Below, piece after piece: positions 27,751 through 43,018 of a DNA stretch of 64,000 bases. The stretch comes from the human T2T-CHM13v2.0 reference genome, Homo sapiens. Where the stretch lies: assembly GCF_009914755.1 (NCBI RefSeq), contig NC_060925.1; one strand, given 5' to 3'. Each line of letters begins with the position of its first letter. Position 1 is the stretch's first letter. The translations under genes were made by a program, and so were the position numbers. Below the pieces are notes generated by a model. That model was not told the DNA's origin, ran no database searches, and worked only from the letters and a program-made list of their open reading frames with translations.

Positions 27751-30287
27751 AATTAAAAAACCCTCTAGAATTAAGTAGAAGACATATTTGTAGTTATTTC
27801 AAGTAATAATTTTACACAGCTCCTTCTCTTAAGCACAAGACTTGGGGACAATATTCACTGAGACTCCACCTTATAAATAGGAATCCAAGATAAATGTCAT
27901 GGAGGGGGAAGTAAATCTGCTAACAAAGAAAATGAAATCTTATGTCCCAAAGCTCCAATATCTATTTACTTTGGGATCATTCCCTAGGTCAGCCTGTGTC
28001 ATGGCTTGCCTTTGCACTAGAATGGCTGTTTCCTGTGGGTTTTAGTATGGCTAGAAGATTAGAATTCTGCCAGAAGTTCTCCTTAATTGCTCATGGTTAG
28101 AAAAATAAAAATAAAATTTAAAAATTTTCTGATTGAAGTTAAATCTATTTCTGTCTGCTTTGTCTGTGATTTTCTTCTTAGGAAATACAGCTGCCTGAGG
28201 GCTTGGTTAAAAGCCTTCTCTTTCCGCTTTATGGCCATTCCCAACCCTGATTTCAGGACTCCAGTTGATCTAGCTGCTGCCGTCATTTCCCAAAAATCCA
28301 CAGTGAAGTTGCACTCCAACCATGTTGAATATAAAGGGTGCCCCCATAAGCAAAGTAGAAAGATTAATCAGTCCATCAACTAGGAAGTAATTATCGAGCA
28401 GCTCTTAAGTTTTAAGCATAATGAAGGATATGGAAAATGCATAAACAAAGGTTCTTGTCTTTAAGAAACTTTTGTATTAGAGGAATAAAGCAAAACATGA
28501 ACATTTAACAAATCCAGACATATAGGACAAATGCCAGAGGAAGGGCAGATAGAGATTTCAAGGTACACTGGTTTGACTAGCAAAGGCTATGTGGAGGAGA
28601 AGGGATTTGAACTGAGAGATGAAGTTTTGTGCAGAATTTCCAGAGGTGAATACACTGAAATAGCAAGAATCAGGCTTCCGTTATCTCCTATTTCTCAAAA
28701 GAGCTTCAAAAAGATAGTGTTGTCATTTGAAAACAAATCTGCTTTTAATCAACTCACAAATTACTTGTGCCAGGGGAAGGAATAACTCAAAAACAATTCA
28801 CTTTGGAATTGGAAGACCATGTGTGATTTTACTTCAAGTCTATTTGTCCTCCTTGCTTTGGTTTGTTCAGGCCAGTGTTCAAATAAGCTTGCATTCTCTG
28901 AGCACACATAAGAGAGCACAGAGATGTATGGGTTTAGCACTAGAGAGTGGGGGAAAGCCAGGCTAGGATAAAAAAATGAAAAATGTTTCTGAATCAATTT
29001 CATGTTGTCGTGGCTAAACACAAACAGCCTTAGAACATCTGTGATTTCCACATTTTAATTCCAAGTTGTCATATTTTCACACATTCTTGCTTTTTGTTGC
29101 TTGGACTAAGAGATTTTTTTCTAATGTGATTTGTGTCCCCTTGCAAAATTGTTAGGAATTCCCATCAAATGGGGACCTTCGATTTTCCCACATTGTCCGC
29201 TTCTTATAATGGGAAAGTCAGCAAGGAGGGAGACATGGCTAGAAAAAAGTAAATAGAATTTCTGAATTAAAAAGCGACAACATCAATAACAAACTAAATC
29301 ATTAAAGAAAATTTTCTAAAAGCTTTCTTTAATTTTAAAGGGATATGGAATTTGAAATTAAGGTCAACATTAGGATGACAGATTCCTGAACACCTTTAAA
29401 TCTACTTAAATTTCAAACTCCCTCAACCTTTTCACCCTTCTGTCTCTCTTCTCTGCATTAGTTTTATCCCTTAGCACTTATCATTATCTAACATACAACA
29501 AACTTTATTTACTTTGTCTTGTTTATACTCTGTCTCTTCTCCACAAAGGCCAGCTCCATAAGGATTCTGTCTACATTTCCAGATAATTTTGTCTAATCCT
29601 TGTTGCCCAAAAGAATATGTTGAACATACAAGTACTTTATAAATACTTGTTTTTGAATGATTTCTAAATTTTTGTCCTAATGGGTTTAAAGTATTTTTTT
29701 ATAACCTCAGAGTAATTTTTGTATTCAATTCACTTTAAGTAGATCTTGTATTTCTACTATGAGTAGAAATTACGTTCAAGTTAAAATTATTATGGTGTCT
29801 ATTCATAAAGTCAGACTAAATATAGACAGGATAAATTAAAATACTTATTTTTAAAAAACACACATTATTGTTAACTATGAATATATTAAATAGAGTTATC
29901 TTATGAAATTTGTCCAGTTATTGCAGGCACAAAATTAAGTTGGATCAATCGACATTTATAAGCAACCTGCTATTCAACAGATGAACTAATGAGAAAGTGC
30001 AAAGCATTATTTGAATTATGGTGCATATAATTAATAGTAACTTTAGCAGAATAAAATCTCTAATAGTAATTTTTACTATTTTACAATGGTTACTATCAAG
30101 CAATATTTATGTACTAAGCCAAGATTCCTCATAAATAACTTATTTAGATATAGAAAAGACAGTTTTAAAGGCAATTAAACAGTGTGATAGGCTGCCAAGA
30201 TAGGTCACATACAGATAAAAGGAAATAATCATTTCATTCTGCATCCTGGACTGGTAAAAAATATCTAGAATATATATATATATATAT

Positions 30288-30583
<296 letters not shown>

Positions 30584-31079
30584 CTAGAATATTTTTTAAG
30601 AAACGTATTTTAAGTGGATCATTGGCAAACCAGAGCATATATCATGTAAATAATCAGGATGGTGAGATGTTCAGAAATTATTTTTAATAAGAAACAGTTA
30701 AATAAAATTTATTTTAAAATCTATCAATTATACTAGCATTTGATTCTTTCAAGTTATTCTAGAGGGTCTAAAATGAATCAATAAAAAGTTAAAATTACAT
30801 AGAATCAGACTTAAGTATAATGTAAGACACAATTTGTTAGCAATGTGAACATTTCAAAAATATAATGAATTGCGTTGTGAAGCAGTAAACCCCCTGCCAC
30901 TGCAGGTATGCAAACTGTATATTGTGGATATCCAAGGACAATGGGCAGGTTTTATACCTTTTTATACTTTAAATATGTGTAATATGTGTACATGTAGAAG
31001 AAGATCTATAAAGAGCTCAAGAGACTTTGGATAAATGAATGGATAGACAGCGTTTGGAACTCCATGAATATTTCCATGT

Positions 31080-31515
31080 TTCTGTATGGTCCAGGCTTTG
31101 TGAGCAAAAACACTGGTGAACTTGGTTCAAGGATGACTGAATAGAAAACATGTCTTGGAAGGAAGAGATGATTTGTATTGTACAAGTTTTAAAAACATCT
31201 ACCCTGGAGCCACTTGTTTACATTCCAAGGTAGTAAGAAACTTCCTCCCTCCACCCCACCCGGGAATATTTGTTTACAGTCCAGAGTGAAGGACTTTCTT
31301 TTTCTGGAAGGGAGGTTAGACCCATATGCCAGGCACTCTGTATAAACTTTGAATCTCATAATTTCTGAGCTCCTCTCTTATGGTCCAACCCTGATAAATG
31401 CTCAAGTGAACATTTTCTCTCAATTTGTTGCCCATGGCGGATTGGAAAACCTATGCTAAGATGCTCTGTAACAGTCTGTCCTCTGATTAAGAGACCTGTG
31501 TTTCCTGTCAGAATC
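31080..31515 (+). mobile_element. Possible ancient ERVL-type LTR (LTR41/MER74 class)
   Basis: Two TGTTTACA(T/G)TCCA motifs, TATAAA, and a TCTGA..GAGAC..TGTG..TTCCTGTCAG end resemble recalled ERVL LTRs. Confidence 0.4.
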
Positions 31516-31518
31516 TAC

Positions 31519-31522
<4 letters not shown>

Positions 31523-31562
<40 letters not shown>
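31523..31562. repeat. (TATC)10 tetranucleotide STR
   Basis: Directly visible. Confidence 0.98.
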
Positions 31563-31563
<1 letters not shown>

Positions 31564-34500
31564 GCCATCAACTTAACAGATGAATGGAAGAAACCAAAAT
31601 TGAATATTTACCTTTTAGGAATCCTCTATATTCCTACATTGGGTAGAAAATTTTACTAGATAATGATAGAGGCCTATTTAATTTACTTAGATACATGTTG
31701 TTCTACATATATAAATTTCCAGATCACTCATAGTATTTTAGGTGGTGTTTTCAGTCCTATTTCAACAAACAAATTAAACAAAATTCAATTTCTGAGAAAA
31801 AAATTAAGAAGGCTAAAGAGGTTGCAAGATTTTTGTTTTCAGAGTATTTGCTGGAAGTTATGTGGCTTTCTTAGCACAAAGAGTAATTAATCACTTACTT
31901 CTGATATGGCATTAGTGAAAATTTGTCCTAGGAAAGGCAAGATAGTTTGAGGTCAATTCGTTAAATAATATACCCATTTTCTGAGATAAAACAAGTAATT
32001 TAATAAAAATGATCCCTTAAAATGATCAAAATAGAAAAAAGAAGTATTTCATCTAAGTTTTTCTCACAACAGTCTCAAAATATACTGAATTATCATCTGA
32101 ACAGAAGGAATAACAAAACCTGTTAAACCTAAGATTTTTAAAATGTTTGCTATGTTGCTGGCATTTTAGGTCTTGAGAAGAGATTGAGTTAAATGAGCAA
32201 CTCTTCAATGTAACTATAGGAATTTAAAGGTTTTTTTAAAGTACCGTAGGGTTTAGGGTATAAAATGATTCATGGAAAACTTCAAAAGAATTGATTAATG
32301 CATATTTAGTGTCTGTAGTGACAACATTTGAAAGCTCTTTACTCCCCCCCAAGTTTTATGGTGATTCACCTAAAGAAATCTTTCTCACTGGCAGAAACAC
32401 ATGTTAGCTACATTTATACACTTAAAAAAACAAAACACCATAGAGACAAAATATTATGTTACTAAGTTAATGATATGCATATCTCATAGAATGTGCTGTA
32501 ATAGATATCTGTGACCAAGTTGGCCACAGATCAAACGGTGCCCTAGATCAAATCCCTGGCTGGGCCCCTCCTCTGAGTGCCTCACCGACTGACCATTACA
32601 GAATTCATTATATGGTTCACCTTCAGACAGTAACTCCCTGTCAGTGTATGGTTTTAATTCAGCTGTTGTATATAGATTTGAGGATTTCTATGTAAGTGCT
32701 CAATGTCAATTATAACATGTACTCATACGTTAACAAAGCATTATGTTACATATATTGCATACTTTCACTATGTAGGTATCCTTTTAATATTAAGTGTTCC
32801 AGTGACCTAGGCAAGAATTGTGTACAGAACTTTGAGAACTGAAGAAAAAAAGGTTGCAATGTATGCTAACCATCATATTCTCTATTTGTCTGTTATGCCA
32901 TTGAACATTTTCAAAGCAGTTTGACTGGCATAATTTTATGTGATCTTTACAACTACAGGGTGACTTGACTTCTGATTTTCAGGGCTATCATGTGATTAGG
33001 GGATTAGGCTCATTCCAAATGACCCCATAGGGAAGAACTAAACCAACAAATGAAATCTGTAGGGAGTCACATTTTAACCCAAAACAAAAGGAGACTTTTC
33101 TGCCTATTAGATATCTATGGGTGCATTAGTTTGTTTTGTAATTAATGTGTTTCTTATCAACACAAATATCTAACACAGTGGCAATAAGATGTGGAATATC
33201 CATTTAGTAGCTGGATGAGATGGCCTTTCAAATGTCTTCAAATATTGAAATCCTGGGTATACACTCTAGGATTCGTTTAGTTAAGGATAAGGCAATAGTT
33301 TACTGTCCTTCAAATTATAATAGGGAATACATCTCTCCTCTCTTTCCTTTCTATATTCTTCAATGCTGCTGGACACATGCCCACTTAAGATGAAGAACAG
33401 TTCAGCCATGGACTGCAGCTGCTGCGTGGCTAATGGAAAAGGAGCCCAGGAATGCACACTCTCCGTATCTACTCAATGCCAACAGGCTTGCCTGATGTGA
33501 ACAAAAATTCAGTCAAGCTGCCTGCTTGGCACTGTACAAGCAATAGATCCAGGTGCCTCACAAGATTTCCAACTGAAATAAGGGGCTGTTTTTGAATGGT
33601 GCCGGTCCAATATTAAATGCTTTCTTCCTCATTGGCTGTGTGATAAGTCAGTGGATGTTGGTATATGAAATCCATGGTATTTTGGAGCAGCAGAGGATCC
33701 CAGAAAAGATCTTATCCAACATTTCTCAAAATGTGTTCCATGGAAACATGGAACTGTGAGAGTCTTAGTGGGAACAATGGTCTGAGATAAAAGAAAGAAA
33801 TATTGTATATTTAAGTCTTTCTAGAAGATTTACGATGCACAATATTATATTAAATGCTTTGAGAAGTCTTATTACAAAGAAACTTTAGTAAACACATATC
33901 TAACAAAGTTTTTCCTTTTTTCCCTTTCATGATGATCATTAACATTCCATAGAAAAGACCCTAGAAATGCATATTTCAGCATGAAACCCCCATTTTTACA
34001 TATAAAGAGAATTAGGTCCGGAGAGATAAAGTGACTTGTCCCAGGCTGAATACACTTACAAATTTTGAGTAGAAGTCAGAGATTTGTGACTTGCTTCTAA
34101 TTCAATGTTCTTTTCTCTGGAGAACTGATCACATTCTCGACTTTCGTACTCCACTTCATTATGCCCAAATCAGGTGTTTATCCATAGACTGACAGCTCTG
34201 GCCATAGAATCGAGTCTGGCAAAAGCCTTGGAATAAGTACTTGCCTCTGGTTCAATCCATTTGGGTCAGGTGTTTGGGATCATGTTGTATAAAACCAAAA
34301 ATATGTATCAGGCTGAAAGAGATGTTTTTAAAAAATCTGGAATTAGCCACAGCCAAAAAGTTTTCCACTATATATTCCATCCTATGGCTGCTCCTAACAC
34401 ATGCATTTCCTCTTTTTCGTATAGAATTCCTAATGAGCCCTTGCTTAATGTGATTCATTTGCTCCATCTCATACCCCACAAACTACTAACTTAAAAGGTA

Positions 34501-35452
34501 ACAACTCAGTATTGCATCTGGTTAATGTTGCAGAACCAATATGATCATTCTAAGTTCAGCGACCCAGGATTCCTTTTCTACATGGCTCAGTCAGATCCAG
34601 ATATGACTCTTGAGGAGAATAAAATATATGGATTAACAGCTTTAATTTGAATATCCCCACAAAAACTCATGTTGAGATTTAATTGTCATTGTAACAATAT
34701 TAAAAGGTGGGTACTTTAAGAGATGATTAGGTCATAAGGGCTTTGCCCTTACTAATGGATTAATGCTGCTATAATGGTCATGGGCTTCTAATAAGAAGGC
34801 TGAGTTCAGCCGGATTCCCCTCTCCATCTTGTATGGTCACTTCCACTGTCCATCCCTCTCCCATGGCATGACCCTCACCATATGCCAGCACCATACTCTT
34901 GGACTGCCCAGTCTCCAGAACTGTGAGCTAAATAAACTTCTGCTGTTTATAAATTGCTCAATCTGTGATATTCTGTTATAATAACAGAAATAAAAAAAAC
35001 TAATACAGAAAATTGGTAGCCAGAAGTAGGGCTATTGCTATAACAAATATCTGAAAATGTGGAAGTGGCTTTGGAACTGGGTAATAGGTAGAGGCTAGAG
35101 AAGTTTGGAAGAAAAGATTAGAAAAAGCCCGAATTGTCATGTGCAAAGAATTAAGGATAATTCTGGTGACAGGACAGCCCAATGAAGAGGAGAGCTGTGG
35201 TAAAAGTCTGAACCCTCTTGGAGAGTAGGTAAGTAGTCATGAGCAGAATTTTGGTAGAAATATGGACAGTAAAGCCCATCCTGATGAGGTCTCAGATGGA
35301 CATGAGGAACAAGGTATTGGAACCTGGAGTAAAGGCAATTTTTTTTATACGGTAGCAAAGACCTTGGCTGAAATGTGTCCATGTCTGAGAGTTTTATAAA
35401 ATGTGGAACTTAAGAATGATGAACTAGGATATCTCGTGGAAGAACTGTTTAA

Positions 35453-35938
<486 letters not shown>

Positions 35939-36756
35939 TGAAAAAGAGAATACTGATGATGTGGCCAAACAACTGATTGCTAAAGAGATTACCATGGATA
36001 GAAGGAAACCAGGTACTATTAATCAAGAAAATGGGAGAAAGACCCCAAAGGCATTTCAAAGATCTTCAAGGCTGCCCCTTGCATCACAGACCCAGAGCTC
36101 TAGGAGGGCAGAAGGGTTTCAGGGAGCAGGCCCGGGGTGCCTTCCATTGGCTTGCTGTCCAGAGGCACCTTGGGTCTCTGCTGTCTACATGCTGGTGCTG
36201 TACTTTTTGGGCACCCCAGCCACAGCTGAAGTGGACCCAGATGTGGCTTGATCCAATTATCTGGAGGGTACAAGCAGTAAGCCTTTGTGACATCCACATG
36301 ACGCAAGTTTTGCAGGCGTGCAGAATGCAAGAGCTGTGGGGGCATGACTGCCTTCACCTAGATTTCGAATAATGCTGTGGAATTCCTGGAAACTCAGGAA
36401 GAAATCTACCATGTGGATGTAACACTGCAGATAAACCCTACTAGGTCAATGCCCAGTGAAGCCATGGGAATGGGGCAGACCCAAAGATCCCAGAACTGTA
36501 GGATCACGTGCATGCAACTTCAACCCAAGAGAGCTGAAGCATGGACAGAGCCCAGCAGAGGCATAGGTGTGGTGCTACCCAGCACTTTGGGCCTGTAAAC
36601 CCCCAGTGTGTACAAGAGGTGACACATGGAATAAACAATTATTCCGTGGCCTTAAAATTTAATGTGGTCTGTACCGTTGAATTTTGGACATACTTGGGAC
36701 CAGTTACTGCTTTCTTCTTGCTTATTTTTCCCTTTTGAAATGCGAATGTCTATCTT

Positions 36757-36867
36757 ATGCTGTTATAATGGGCATGGGCTTCTAACAAGAAGGCTGAGTT
36801 CACCCTGATTCCCCTCTCCGTCTTGTGTGCTCACTTCCACTGTCCATCCTTCTCCCATGGCATGACC
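36757..36867 (+). repeat. 111-bp direct copy of 5'LTR segment 34763-34873 inside the internal region
   Basis: Ungapped manual alignment, 9 mismatches (about 92%). Confidence 0.95.
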
Positions 36868-38129
36868 ATTGTATTTTAAAAATAAATAATTTGTTTTGAT
36901 TTTACAGGCTCACAACTGGAGAATTTGCCTTGGGAAGGATTGTGCTTTGAGTCTCACCCATATCTGATTAAGATAAAACTTAGGACTTTGGACTTTGAGT
37001 TGATGCTAGAATGAGTTAAGACTTTTGGAATTATTTTAATGGAATGAATGTACTTTGTATATAAGAAGGACATATGTTTCAGAGTTCCAGGGATGGAATG
37101 CTATGGTTTGAATGTCCCCACCAAAACCCATGTTGAAATTTACTTGCCACTGTAACAGTATTATGAGGAGGGTACTTTAAGAGGTTATTTACACCATGAG
37201 GGCTTCACTCTTATGAATAAATTAATGCTGTTATAGCAGAGTGGGTTAGTTATTATAGGAGTGTGTTTCTGATGAAAATGGTGAGTTTGGCTAGAGCTCC
37301 TCTCTCTGTCTCTTGGGCTCATTTCTGCCTTCCACCCTTCTGTCATGGGATGACTTTGCCATATACCAGTACCATGCTCTTGACTTTCCGTCTCCAGAAA
37401 TGTGAACCAAATGAACTTGTATTGTTTATAAATTACCCTGTTATTCTGTGGTATTCTGTTATAGCAGCAGAAAATGGACTAAAATACTAACCAATACACT
37501 TGGCACTCTCTCTTCCCCTAATGAAGCCCAGTATTTAATGGTTGAGGAAAAACAAAAATAGCATCAGTAAAAATACTCATTTTGAAAATTAGAAATGTGA
37601 ATACACCAGACTTTGGGCACTTCTAGATGGTAATAGCAAGATGGGCATTGGATGGGTGATTAACTTCTTGACAATTGATTAAGCCTCACAATTGGTGAAT
37701 ATGGACTCCTGAGATCTGTCTCCTGGGAAACTTCCTCCTGTCTTTTTTAGGACTAGCCATGAAAGTGGCATTGTAGAACCCTCTTGGGTTGTCCTAAGTT
37801 AGTTGTTCAATTCCCTTGGTGCTGATTTTGGTGACTGTGAATTGCCTGAGAGGCTGAGAAACATGGCCAACTTTTCTAGTACTAAAAATCCTTTTCATAC
37901 AACTACCATAAAAACGTAAGTAGCTGCTGCTCAATGTCATTGTTGTAGATGCTCTTTGCTAATTAGCAACATAGAAAATCCAGTGGTCAAATAAGGACTG
38001 AAGTACAATCCCCAAAGATTGTTCATTCCCCTAATATCTGCTTGAAGTCATCAGCCTTGATGAATAGATAAAACACAATAAGCTAGAATGAGGCAGCTAG
38101 AATTTTTTCCTCATATGTGATATTGTACT

Positions 38130-38335
38130 AAATCACAGCTGACCAATAAAATTTCCTGCAATGGTAGAAATTATTGGATTCTGTGCTATTCAGTATGATA
38201 GGGACTAGACACATACAGCACATGTAGCTACTGAGCTCTTGAAATGTGGCTGGAACTGAATTTTAATCTTAATTAATTTTAATTCACATAGCCACATGTG
38301 GCTAATGACAACCATGTTAGACAACACAGAACTAG
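38130..38335. mobile_element. MER3-like hAT-Charlie MITE
   Basis: CCAATAAAATTTCCTGCAATGGTAGAAAT..ACTGAGCTCTTGAAATGTGGCT..TAGCCACATGTGGCTA..TTAGACAACACAG. Confidence 0.8.
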
Positions 38336-38501
38336 AATAATCTTACACCAAGGTTAATTTCTAATCACAACTATATATGATAGTTATTAGCAAGAAGTGC
38401 TTTGTGGGATAAGAGGAAAAATACAATGTGAAATTGTAGTTGTCTGATTCACCTCTTTGTGGTATCTCCATTTCAAATGAAAATTTGTTACTTCAGTATC
38501 A

Positions 38502-38908
<407 letters not shown>

Positions 38909-40351
38909 TTATCCTGTTATTTTGATTCTACTTTTAAACAAATAAATCTCAGACAGAAACTTCTTGCCCTTTGAAATATGTCAATGGAGGTCACCAGAAA
39001 TACTCAGTGATTTCTAATAATCTAACAACGTACTACCAAATTCTTAAACTTTCAGACGCAAATGGCACAATTTCTAATGCAAAGAGAGAAACTAAGTAAT
39101 TGTTATCCACAAGTTACAACCTTTCATTCTGGAATGGTCAAATACTCTCTGCTTCCAGCACTCATGAGTCAGTTCTATATTTTTTTCTAAGGTGTTTTGG
39201 TTTGCCTTGTTTTGTTTTACAACAATTGCCAATTTGAATGCTAGCACTTTTTTGTTGCAAACGACAGAAATCCATGTAAGAAAAAAGGATGGACAACTGC
39301 ATGGATATAGAAAGGCCTCATAGAAGACAAAGACAGAATTAATCAACAGTATTTGTAAACAAAATCTGTGTTCCAGGTATTCACTGACAGCCGATGAAAT
39401 GCATGCTATCTTTTAAAGTGATATCACCAGCCTCAAATTGCATGTAAAAGTGTACATTGGCTTTTCATCTGGTTCAATCTTCAGGAATTCTCCTGGACTC
39501 TTTGTGTTGCTTTGTTTTTGCTAAAGACTATTTACATTTTAGTTTTTCTTAGTATCTTCTAATGAAGACTTTAAAATTAGTGGTGCTCCATGTTTGTAGT
39601 TTCCCAAGACCTCTTGAGAACCATCATCCGTGACAATTTGTTCTCACTTTAGGGTCCTTCTATTGCATAGTGCTTTGAATTCTCTACCTGGCTTCCTCCA
39701 TCCAATTACTTCTAGCTTCATTATCTAGGAAATATTTTTTTTTCGACCTACATTTGTACTCCATCTACTTTCCTATTTTGCTTTTCATTTGTTTTTTATT
39801 GCAATTAGTATGCCCTTCACATGCACAAGACCCAAAAGGACTGAAATAGCAAATAACATGTCAACAGCAGCCCCAACACATTGAAAAGTTGGCACCACTT
39901 GGAAAATGAGGGGAAGGAGCATGCACATGAAGTGTGAACAGTGCTGTAGTTGTTCTGCTGCTGAGAACACTCTGACAGAAGACCCACAGCAGATGTACCA
40001 AAAAAACTCAAGTGAAATTCCATAAAACCTAAGGACACTGTGTATCAATTAGAACAACAAAAACAAAAAAGCTGAAAGTTCAGCTCCTGGAACACTGTTT
40101 GCCTTTAGATGAAATTGGTCAGAATTGTGGATGGTTTTGAAGAATGATTAATTGAAAATAATATGAAACTTTAGCCTAGCATCAGAAAATGACAATCTAA
40201 GGGTAAAAAGAGGATCAAAAATTATTTCATCCAATTTTCTGCAAAATGTTTAAGTTTCCTACCAACTGCTTGTCTATCCTATGCTTAAAATAACTCCAAT
40301 GAGGATGAGTTTCCTTTCCCCAGCAAAGCAGTTCTTTTAGTAAAAAACATT

Positions 40352-40962
40352 TTTAAATAAGTTTTTATTGATGTATAACATGCATACAGAATTTTTCACA
40401 AATCATAAGTGTACAGCTTGACAAAAGATCAAAAGTATGAACTCCCTCTTGTAACTACCAAGAAACCGATAGTTAATAGCATCTAGAAATTCCTCCCAGG
40501 ACGCCTCTCAGTCAGTATATCCCTGAAAGTAACCACTCTTCTGAATTATTTCACCATCAATTAGTTTTCCCTGGATTCAAACTTTATATAAAATGAAATC
40601 ATACAATATAATGTACTCATTTATGCCTAGATTCTTTTATTGTCGCATACTCTTTGTGGGAGTAATATTATTACAAAAGTTTTGGAAAATTATTTATTAT
40701 CTACTAAAGATGAACATAAATTAAACCTAAGACCCAGACATCTCACCCTTTCCTAGGTATATGCCAAACCTAAATATGTACTGAAGTCCACTAAAAGGTA
40801 AGCTTAAGAATGTTCATAGTGCCACTATTCATAATGGCCCTACATTGAAAATATCCAAATGTCCATCAACAGTAGAATGGATAAATAAATCGTGGTATAT
40901 TCACATAATTGAATGAGAATGAATGAACTATTGTTTCATACACAGTAAGGATGAATCTCACA
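40352..40962. mobile_element. Ancient L1ME/MD 3' fragment with internal inversion (minus 40352-40643, plus 40645-40962)
   Basis: Antisense 3'UTR followed by sense AAATGTCCATCAACAGTAGAATGGATAAATAAA..GATGAATCTCACA. Confidence 0.7.
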
Positions 40963-41956
40963 GTTATTCATTATTCTGACAACCATGATTCTTAAAAGAT
41001 TGTCCATATTTGAGTGAATGTCTGACTCTAGCTCTTTAACCAAGTTTAATTAAAGAACAAATTTTATTTTGCTTCCACACTATGAATTAAGTATCACGTA
41101 CTATTTAGAATTTGTCAGATTCATCTGGAACATGTTTAATATCAGAGTAACATTTTAAAAGATAAAAGAACATTTGGAATACAACCATTGACAAAGTCTA
41201 AAATAAGTTGAAACTCACTATTTCACATAAAAAGTATTTAAGGAAGGTGGCAAGAAGTTAAACAGAAGAAGGCCATAACTCTGGCTCCTTTTCACCTACA
41301 ATCCCCTTTCCTACTCCAACTCTAAATAACATCTAAAGGAGACAGAAAATGACTTACAATAGAAAGAGAAGTAAATATTATTCTGTAATTAAAAGAGGCT
41401 AATTTGTCCAGATAATCTCCCTGGTACATAACTGGCCTTAGATAGGTGATGTACATATTCAGTTTCTCAATTCCTGGTGAATTATATCTCTCTGTCTACA
41501 TCCACGATCTGGTTATACACTACTATTCATTCATATTGCCAGATGTGGCATAGTTCTTTCAGTACAGCATTTTAGTGTTTGCCTGTCCATCAGTTTTTAC
41601 AGGAAGCCATGGCAAGAACCATCTGGAAATTCACAGACTCTGATCTTACAAGGTTTCATACACTTTATTTGGGTGAGATGAGTGGAGACTCCTTTCCTCA
41701 GTCTCTATCTAGAGTCTGTTATTATTCATGGGATCTCTTTCAAATTCATCAAACTTGAGGGAAAACATCTCTCCTTCCTCAATAAAACAAACAAGAAACT
41801 GCCCAAGAAAACAATTGCTAACTAACCAGGGAACAGATCAAGATAGCATCTTGATCTAACATTTACTTGTAAAATGCAAAGATCATGAGTAGTTTGTCAC
41901 TATATAAGTTGAATCTGATAACTCAATTATAATAATCAAGTCTCCTTGAAATGATA

Positions 41957-43018
41957 GGAAGGGTCTTTAAGAAGTTCATAGAAAAATGCATATTATGAAA
42001 AACTATGTGTGTGCTCTGTAAAGATGAGCCCAAATAAAAAATAAATCAGTACAAGCAAAACAAAACAAAACAAACAAAAAGAAAAAAACTATGCATAGAC
42101 TTCAAAACTTTTTTTACACCCAAATAAACTCATATTGATTTGTTATAACATATCTGAGCAGAGTCTAGTTTGAGGCGTGAGGAAGGATAAGACATTAGTT
42201 TGAAAAGATCCCTTGTAAGAGCGACATGAATTCATCAAATTTATGGTGAAGCTGGAATGAGAAAATGATGAAATTATTGATGTTTTACAACAAATTTATG
42301 GGGAAAATGCTCCAAATAATCATCAGTTTGCAAATAATCAGCAATTTAAGAAGGGATGAGATGATGTTGAAGATGAAGCCCTCAGCAGAAGACCATCCAA
42401 TTTGCATGGAAAAAAATTAATCTTGTTCTTGCCCTGATTGAAGAGAAATGAGGATTAACAGCACAAACAATAGCTGACACCATAGATATCTCGATTAGTT
42501 AGGCTTACACAATTTCAACTGAAAAATGAAAGTTAAGCAAATTTTCCACCTGATGGGTGCCCAAACCATTGCATCCACATCAGCTGCAGACAAGAGCATT
42601 TCAATGGAAATTTTAAGTAAGTGAGATCAAGATCCTGATGCATTTCTCCAAAATATTGCAACAGGAGCTAAAACATGGCTTTACCAGTAAAATCTTGAAG
42701 AGAAAGCATCACCAAAGCAATGGCTACTAAGAGGTGGAAGCGGTCCAGTCAAAGCATGAGTGGATCGGTGAAGAGCAAAGTTCATGGCAACGGTTTTTTG
42801 GGGATGTTCAAAGCATTTTGCTTCTAGACTTTTGGGAGGGCCAAAGAACAATCACACATGCTTATTATGATAGTGTTTCGAAAAAGCTGGTCAAAGCTTT
42901 AGCAGAAGAATGCCCAGGAAAGTTTCTCCCGAGAGTCCTTCTCCATCAAGACAGTGCTTCTGCTCATTCCTCTCACCAAACAAGGGCAATTGTGCAAGAG
43001 TTTCAATGGTAAATCATC
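41957..43018 (+). mobile_element. HSMAR2 mariner transposon, 3'-truncated, disabled transposase
   Basis: TA then GGAAGGGTCTTTAAGAAGTTCATAGAAAA resembles the Hsmar2 TIR; peptide LLLDFWEGQRTITHAYY..LAEECPGK..RVLLHQDSASAHSS matches the mariner HDNA region. Confidence 0.9.
42008..42080 (+). mobile_element. Tiny polyadenylated retro-insertion with TSD inside HSMAR2
   Basis: AAAAACTATG duplicated at 41998-42007 and 42084-42093; AATAAA at 42033 and 42040; A-rich tail 42057-42080. Confidence 0.8.

Noticed and set aside
28083-28383. Overlapping 78-aa and 98-aa ORFs
   Set aside because: No recognisable homology or convincing exon structure; the lengths are expected by chance.
39785-40048. Hydrophobic 87-aa minus-strand ORF resembling a membrane protein
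   Set aside because: Non-ATG start, no recognisable family, and no supporting splice or poly(A) context.
42734-43012. Mariner transposase ORF as a functional or domesticated gene
   Set aside because: Short frame within a heavily disrupted, 3'-truncated HSMAR2.
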